Source: Collodictyon triciliatum (Eukaryota). From it: a stretch of 33,578 bases of DNA. The position numbers were made by a program, and so were the translations under genes. The stretch is from the NCBI GenBank assembly GCA_043381765.1, contig JBHJMP010000637.1:1-33578 (forward strand), read 5' to 3'. The notes under the pieces are model-generated. The model ran no database searches, was not told the DNA's origin, and saw only the letters and a program-made list of their open reading frames with translations. This document shows, one piece after another, positions 1-33,578 of the stretch. The stretch's first letter is position 1; each line of letters opens with the position of its first letter.

Positions 1-116
1 CAAAGCAAAGCAAAGCAAAGCAAAGCAAAACAAAGCAAAACAAAGCAAAACAAAGCAAAACAAAGCAAAACAAAGCAAAACAAAGCAAAACAAAGCAAAA
101 CAAAGCAAAACAAAAA
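1..116. repeat. Intronic microsatellite (CAAAG)n grading into (CAAAACAAAG)n
   Basis: Directly visible; begins just inside the minus-strand donor at 122. Confidence 0.95.
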
Positions 117-122
117 CCGAAC

Positions 123-26122
<26,000 letters not shown>

Positions 26123-27096
26123 CTTTGGCCTACAGCGCTACAAGTGAGATACCTGATGGAGGCAAAGATAACTGAGGTTAAGAAAAAAAATAGTAGCAGT
26201 TTGCGGAGCTGACGGGAAGGGGATCATCGGCAGCCATTAAAATGATCAAATAAGAGACGCTCATCGATGCATAAAACCGGAAAGTGGTATATATTGCATG
26301 TTATAATTTACGATGAGGCACTTGTGCAGTGGGCGAAGAACGACGCAAGCAGAAGTATGGGTGGTTGTAAATGTCCTTGGCTTTGGTAGCAGTTCTGACT
26401 ATACGAAGAACCTCAGATAACAACACAGTGGAATGAACTCAACCTGGGGAGGAAAGCGGAACATAAAAAGACAAGCGAAAAGACTGAAAATAGAAAATCA
26501 TAATAGAAAGAAGAGCCTTGAGAGAAAAGCAACCGCCAGGCTCGCTACCCTCCGCTTGTGGTGGCTGGTGAGGAGTTTGCGAGGAGTTTGTTCTTTTACT
26601 GAACTGAAACATTTCACGGATAAAGACAAGCTGACAGGCTTCTTTCTCGCTCTTTCATTTCCTCAACTTTGGTCGTGTTCTCTCTGCCTTGTGAAAACCC
26701 CCGAGTAGGTCGATGTTGCAACCTGGCGAAGCTGTGGAGTCTGGTTTCCTGATTGCGAATGATCGAAAGTGGTTCAAATGGGCGATAACGTTTTCTATAT
26801 GTGGATTTTATGAGTATTTATGCAGTTTACTCTTCTATGGGCACAAACGTTCATTCCATCTCACAAAATAGACATGCTGAGGCATTTGTACCATTGTATT
26901 GGAACCTAGTGAAAGAAAAATGCCTCTGCCCCCCAGAAATCCACAGTTTGGCAACGCAAATCACAACCACCCGCCCCTGACTCCCGAAACCACACAAAAA
27001 CAATAACTAGGGCTGCATGAAGGATCATTTCAACCGATCCGGTCCTCGCGTGGGGATAAGGAGGATAGAATAGTGGAGGATGTAGATTTATTATTA

Positions 27097-29397
27097 TTAT
27101 TCATATAACGATAATGGAAACTCCTTGTCTGCCAAGCTGGAAACAGAGGAAAAGAGAGATAGAGAATTTCTTTGTGTTGGACGTCGACTTCTCAAAGGCC
27201 AGATAAACTCGGATTCACCTGCCAGAGCCGACTCTGCCTCTCGGGGCTGATGGCGATTCGATCTTCTTTTGTGGTTTCGAGCGGGAGCTGTTCTTTTTCG
27301 ACGGGGGTGTGTTTGGGGAAGAAGCACTGGGGTTGGATGAGTTTGCCGCACTCCGTGATGCAGGGATGTTTGATGAAGTGTGCTGTTGAGGAGAGCTCTT
27401 CAGGTGTGCAGGCGCTGCGAGATCGGGGCGGATTGCAGGGCCGTCCAACGTGTAGAGGGAGCCGTTTGCAGTTGCGACAGCCAAGCGTTCCGGACGAAGG
27501 CAGAGGGCAGTCACATCACATGGTTGACTAGTATTTGACACGGATGGTACATACGAGTACGAATAGGTTGTGGAGGGGCTTGCCGACAGGGGAGAGTGGT
27601 TCAGCTTTCGTGTCCATACAGGCTCTGCAGTGTCTTTGCGACGGTCAAAGTAAGAGACAGACCCATCAGAGCGGCCGAGTACGACAGTGTTACGAAGGAC
27701 AGCAGCTTTTGCAGGACTCAGACTTGGTGTTCCCCACCGACGAATGGGACGATTGTCGTTCAAGTCAGAGCGTCTGTCCCACATCTGAACACACGATGCC
27801 CCAGCGGTAAAGATGACATCAGGCGAAATCTCGTCGAATAGAAGGGAGCAGATGGGGGCCGTGTCACTCAAGCCAAGCTCTTGATGGGGCAACCAAGTGT
27901 GTAAGGAGACAGAGTTCTCTGCATCCCACCAAACGCAAACCCCAAGTGCATCTCCTGTTGCAAAGGACTGGAGCCGCGCGTTATTCTGATGGGGGGATGA
28001 GAAATGAGGGATGAAAGAAGGGGAACATGCGATGGCTGTCACTGCATCTGATCCGTCCTGAACTTCCTCGTCGCTAGTGCGGTAGATTTGAATAACTTCG
28101 CCCGTTGAAAGGCGAACCAAGTGCGTCGCGCCGTCTTGTCCTGCACTAAGGATGCATGCATGGCCACTCTTGGATGTTCTCAAGGCCATCTTGTTGACGC
28201 CACTGTTGTGGGTTCTCAGCGTCTGTCGTGTCTGAAGCGTGTCCAAGTCCCAGAGACGGATGCTCCCATCCCTGCCGTTAATGCAAGGATACAAAGGAGA
28301 AAGGGTGGAGCAGGAAAAAAAACAGACATGGAAAGAAGTGTGTACGAGGAGTCACCTCGAAATCAGTGTTTGTCTTTAATGACGGACTCATTAGCATTCA
28401 TTTCAGTTGTTTTTTTTTTGTCACACTTCATTCAGATTATCAAAATCTTGAGCATCCAGCCATGAATCATGTTTTTTTTATGCAAATGGTTAGATTATTT
28501 CGGTTGGACAGGTATAAAAAAAAAAAAGCAAAATACAAAGCGTGTATGAGATATTTTATTCTGAGAGAAATTTATGAAAAAAAAAGGGCAATATAAATAG
28601 AATATGAGTAATTTGCTTCCTTATATTGATATCATCTTTTTTTTTTTATAAGTCACATACCTTGAGGATGAAAAGATGACATCATCCGTGACAATCAGAT
28701 CGGTAATACAGTTTGTATGGCCCTTCAGTGCACGGAGTCTTTGGCCACTCTGCAAATCCCAGAGCCGCACAAACGCATCATGGCCACCAGATACCATCAG
28801 CATCCCGCCAATGTCGACCGAAGTAACTCCAGTGAGGGAACCCGACCCTTGGGGGTTGTGCAGCGCAGCACTTGAAGAGCTTGGCGAGCTGGAAAGCAAG
28901 GTTGCCGAGCCACCAGACTTTGGATTCGCGGCGCCAGACGCTGGCTGAGTCCAGTCCAACTTTCGCAGGCGATCGACGTTTGTCCAGAAGGTCTCGAAGC
29001 GGTGGCGCACAAGAAACTCGGTCCGCCAGTCCCCCATGGGCCAGGGAGCAGCCCGTCCTGATCGTCTCGCAGTCTCGAAGCCCATCGAGGCACACGGCCG
29101 CAAAACATCCTCGAATGATCTCCAGCGCTCCAGATATATCCTACGCCAGTGCGGCCCGTCCTTTGCGAGTCGTCGGAGACGCTTGCACACGCAGGACAGA
29201 ACAAAGAGGACCTCCTTGTTGCTCAGGAAGCGGAAGATGCGGAGGATCAGCTCGTCGGGAAGTTGATCGAGCAAGCTGGTTTCTGGCCAGCAGTACCCGC
29301 GGTTGCGAAGGTGGCGGCGTTGCGAGGCTTTGAGTCTGGTTGTGGTGGGCGGAGTTTGCTCGTCGCCTGCTCTGTAGTATGTCTCGATTTCCTCCAT
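27097..29397 (-). CDS. F-box/WD40-repeat protein (SCF substrate receptor, FBXW-like), about 609 aa, 3 exons
   Basis: F-box LLDQLPDELILRIFRFLSNKEVLFVLSCVCKRLRRLAKDGPHW; WD40 repeats VSGGHDAFVRLWD, GHTNCITDL...FSSSRDGSIRLWD, LSAGQDG, FATGDALG...WWD, VQMWD. Exons 29397-28661, 28271-27219, 27136-27097. The last intron (GTGAAT...TTTCCAG, 82 nt) is less certain; without it the CDS ends at TGA 27215. Confidence 0.9.
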
Positions 29398-29911
29398 TCT
29401 TTTTTTTTGGTTCTGTTTTTGTTTGGTTGGGTTTGTTGAGTCACAGGCGAAGGCGGTTGATCCTTGACTCTTGTGTGGACGTCGATGCGGGTGTGCAGTG
29501 ATGCTCGACGGGTTCGAGAGCCTGGATGCAGAGCGACTCTGTGAACTTGTTCTATTGGATCCGAGTCGGTTTCGTTGATAATAGATCCTTGATCCTTGGA
29601 AGCTACTTCGCCTCCCTTTTTCCTTTCTTCTTCTTTCTCTTACTTTCTCTTGCTTGATTCAAAGTCTTTCTGGATGCGCTTTTGATTTGTCTTTGCGAGA
29701 ACGTGTTGGGAATGGGCCAAATGTGGAATGTTTGTGCTTGGGAATGTACGGAATGTTTGTCTCGAGACCTTACATACAATACTACCGGTTTCCGCCAGCA
29801 ACACACGCTTTTTTAAATGTTTATTTTTCATTTTTTTCTCATTTTATTTATTTCTTTCGTCTAAACTCATGAGGCTTATCCAAACAATCAATAACTTAAA
29901 TATGGTGAGGC

Positions 29912-32900
29912 TCAAAGGAAGCCGCGTCTTCGAAAAAATGCGCTCATAGCAGCTACTATGAAGCCTATAAGAACGCATATGCCAACGAACCAATTGAGAT
30001 TAGGCTCGCTTTGGCCAGGCACGTTCACATTCATCCCGAAGAGACCAGCTGTAATTATTATTGTTATCATTATTATATGAACGAGAACATGACCAGAATA
30101 AATACCAAGCATGGGGAAAATGGTAATTGGTTATGTGTGTGATTAGGAAAAAGTTTTGCTCTCTTTTTGCAATCAAATGAACTGTGATAAAAAAATTTTT
30201 TTTTTGCCAACGACGAGGATTTGGTTACCAATAAGAGTAAGTGGAAGCAGAATTGCCGAAACAGAGCTCAGCTTTTTCATGAGGGTGTCCGTTCGTTGCG
30301 AAACTTGTGCGTTTTGTACAGATGCCTAGATATGATAACGATTATATTGGTTATTGTAATTAGCGTGAGGATGACACAGTACATTTGATCGTCGTTCACC
30401 ACTTTGTCAAGGGAAATACCATCCAAAACAATCAGACAAAAAACTTCCTTTCTTCGATTCAAAGAACAATCAGACAAATTCAACAAACCATGGCCAAGTA
30501 GTTGGCGTGTGAGTTATCTAAAATCTCTCTTCCAATCTGTGTAAACATAGGGCAGATTAAAGCGAAGCACAACCTTTTTGTTGCTTTCGATTGATGGGAC
30601 AGGAGTTTAGACATAATATTAAAGAACCGTACATCCAGACTAAGTCTCATTCTCACAATCGAGTCCAATAGCGAGCGCAGATAAACCTGGATGGGTTGGC
30701 GTGAGTGCCATTCAAAGGGTAGTGGGCCGTGGTTGCGAATTATTTTCTCATAGACATAGAAGGATACTTGCGTAGAACGAGTTAAAGCTGGGAGTCCCAG
30801 TATGCATAGAGAAAGGTAAATCTCCTATATGAGTAGTAAACTCAGTAATCGGTGTAAGGTTGACTCATGCCTTTTGGAGATTGAAACGAAACAAAGTATG
30901 AAATCCCATGAACCAGCGTGTGAAAGCACGCAAAGAAAAAGAGGGAAAATTTTGATGAGGTACCTGTTTTGTGCACATCATCCAATGAAGTGTCGATGTT
31001 TGGCTGCTAGCTATCTGAATTCTTCGCAGCAAATCGTCACTGTCGGAGGAGCTGGAGAAAACAAAATAAAAAGAACAAACAAACAAACAAAAACCTCTTT
31101 TAAACATGAAGAATCAGAATTGATCTTGCTGATAACGTTGATTTTCAAGAGCAGGTATTTATATTGATAAAAAAAATAATTAAAACCTTGAAAATAGAAC
31201 GAGAGTCAGTTCATCCAGATTCTGGGATTCAAAAACTACAGATCCAACACGTTTCTCAAAACCGAGGGTCTATCAAGTATATTTTTTTTCTTGATGAGTA
31301 TTGGACGATTTCATTTTCTTTTGTAGATGTATAAAGATTATTTTCTTGACGTTTTGGGTAACACGGATTCTATACAGAATTCTGGAGTAAGGTATATAGG
31401 CATCTATCAGAAGTGTGAATATTTCCACTTGGTTGCATCATGGACATCGTGTCGGAAACTGCAGATATTTCCGATTAAGTTACAGAACTATATAATAACT
31501 TGATTAAAATCCAGATAGATATACTACATTACATACTTGACGGCAAAGGAATAGGGTGGACAGTCAATATGAGGTTAGGAAAAATAATCATCCAAATGGG
31601 CGCCATGTATGACCAAGAGGCAACTTCGTTAGGACATATCTATTAAAAAATAATAATGAAGACCATGTATAGACCTATTCACCTTATTCTGAATAAAATG
31701 ATATTCACCTCCTGTAGGACAATAAATAAGTATCCGTTGAGGACTTCGTATTTTTCACGTGCTTCGGAATGGACACACTCCCGACTTAATAATTATTTGG
31801 TTTGAAGATATGTTAGGGTTTCATTTTAGATAGGCGATGAAAAATTACATGAGAAATAAATGCAAAAGTACCACGTCAGCGGATGAACTCCAAATAATCT
31901 TTCTATGATAACTAAGTCCTGTTCATTGCGCGCAGATTACGTCCAGATTTTCAAGAATAAATATAAAATTGATGCACTTTGTGAAAACCTTGAAAAAAAT
32001 TTAAGATTGGAAAAAAAAGAGAGAGAGAAAGAGAGAAGAGGAAAATGACACAATCAAATGTAATGAGATTACCGAGAGTTTTGGGGCAAGGAAATCAATC
32101 CAGAATGGTGAGAGTTCTCTGTATGAGTCAGCATTTTTTGAAGATATTGCATCCTGTCGATGAAATGCGAAATAAAAAGTAAGAAAAAGGATATGTAAAA
32201 GAAAACTCCCCAGTTTGAGATTGCTCATGACAACTTGCCGTGATTAAGAGACGAAAAGAAAAAAAGGAAAAGAGGATGAGATGAAAAATTACACGTAAAT
32301 TTCTGAGAAAAAGGTTAATATCATGTAGAGTCTCAATCATACTTCTATCGAAGCCTCCAAACTTTCAGTATTCTGGAATTCTCTGCATCCAAAATCTTTG
32401 CCTATGATCGTGCATGTTAGGGGGTGAGGAGCAAAGTGGGTGCTGCTTGTGCGTGCATCGAGTTGGCTGAGTTCGTTCAGATACCCAGATATCTAAAGGA
32501 CGAATAGACGTTCAATCTACAGCCCCGGTCATCTGAAGTGCAGTGCTTGATTTATAAAATATGGTCGTAGCAAATATATCGATTTTGTTTGGTGATGCTG
32601 TGCAGACTCCTTTTATTTTAGGAGAATGGGAGTCGCTTAATCTAAAATAAATACATGTAAAAAATTGATTCTTACTTTATGATTGGTCGCGGATGCCGTA
32701 GGGTTACTCCCGCTTGCGCTATTGCGACGCATCGGATTCTGATATTGCTCGATGAACTCATGTAATGTCTTGTGAAAAGTATTAAAATTACCATTAAAAA
32801 GAAAAGAAAAGAAAAGAAAAGAAAAGAAAAGAAAAGAAAAGAAAAGAAAAGAAAAGAAAAGAAAAGAAAAGAAAAGAAAAGAAACGTTGCATTAATGGCT

Positions 32901-33240
32901 CGTGTAATTTTAAAGGAGCATTATTATTATTCATCTTAATAAAAATGGAAATTGTTGTTTGGAATTGAAAAATATGGGCTAAGCTCAGAATCCTAAAAAT
33001 TAATTAAAGAAAAAGAAAAAGAAAGGGAATGGGAAAATCATGAATATTCACGCAAACACGAGCAACCTCATCCGTCGAGTAGAGCAGGTCAAAATCCGCA
33101 ACCTCTTCAGACAAGTCCAAGTCACGAAGTCTCTCCCGAAAAAAAATATCCTGCAAGCGCTGATTCCTGGACTTTAGAAACATTCCTCCCCCGGCAGTGC
33201 GCGGACTGACTGAACCGGCCCGATTCCGCGGAGAGTCCAT
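29912..33240 (-). CDS. corA: CorA/ALR1-family Mg2+ transporter, about 456 aa, 15 exons (alternative upstream ATG at 33303)
   Basis: Spliced product contains FWIDFLAP, LFGVHPLT...REKYEVLNGYLFIV, MKKLSSVSAILLPLTLIAGLFGMNVNVPG (GMN signature) and a second TM WFVGICVLIGFIVAAMSAFF followed by RRR. Exons 33240-33067, 32768-32676, 32492-32343, 32153-32073, 31918-31872, 31784-31709, 31639-31537, 31458-31376, 31269-31187, 31051-30964, 30824-30768, 30686-30633, 30536-30489, 30325-30229, 30048-29912. The symbol is family-level only. Confidence 0.9.
32796..32884. repeat. Intronic (GAAAA)n microsatellite
   Basis: Directly visible, in CorA intron 1. Confidence 0.96.
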
Positions 33241-33414
33241 CAGTGGTGTTTGCCGTGCTTTGGAAGGAAGTCTGCAAGAAAAGATTGTTGCTTTGTCACA
33301 CATAAATCATTTGAGGCACAGGCTCTTGTGCACACTCTGGCACAGAACACAAAAAGCTTTGTCATATAGTCTGCGTCGCTTTGGCCCACCAGAGAAGTAT
33401 GGTTGAGGGTAACT

Positions 33415-33494
33415 ATGTTTTTATGTTTTTATGTTTTTATGTTTTTTTGTTTTTATGTTTTTTTGTTTTTTTTATGTTTTTTTTTGTTTTTTTT

Positions 33495-33578
<84 letters not shown>
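33415..33578. repeat. (ATGTTTTT)n degenerating to poly-T at the window end
   Basis: Directly visible; opposite strand polarity to every other long tract in the window. Confidence 0.95.

Noticed and set aside
26123-27096. Intergenic region with plus-strand ORF 26433..26708
   Set aside because: No recognisable domain, tRNA or other ncRNA structure could be supported; likely UTR and promoter sequence.
28272-28292. GTATCCTT (U12 donor-like) in F-box intron 1
   Set aside because: It lies only 21 nt before the acceptor; the frame-required donor is GTATGT at 28660.

Overview
Eukaryotic (probably protist) genomic DNA: standard genetic code, many short spliceosomal introns, intronic microsatellites and two N-gaps. 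I traced splice junctions by hand and found three minus-strand genes. (1) A giant type-I membrane protein gene with at least 50 exons and over 6,000 aa, running from ATG 26122 off the left edge. It has a signal peptide, about 2,900 aa of Cys-rich GCC2/GCC3 (ephrin-receptor-like) repeats, a juxtamembrane domain, one TM helix and a cytoplasmic tail of about 3,000 aa with DPxTG repeats, an acidic tract, long coiled coils and a C-terminal HSLAH (degenerate HExxH-like) domain. (2) A 3-exon F-box/WD40 gene. (3) A 15-exon CorA/ALR1-type Mg2+ transporter gene. Most short ORFs in the track are exon fragments of these genes, shadow ORFs or repeat artefacts. Notable points: the receptor architecture, an 8.6-kb exon inside an intron-dense gene, two frame-required GC-AG introns, frequent AAG acceptors, one candidate U12-type intron and a possible divergent plus-strand gene start at the right edge. 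No mobile element, CRISPR array or RNA gene could be supported.
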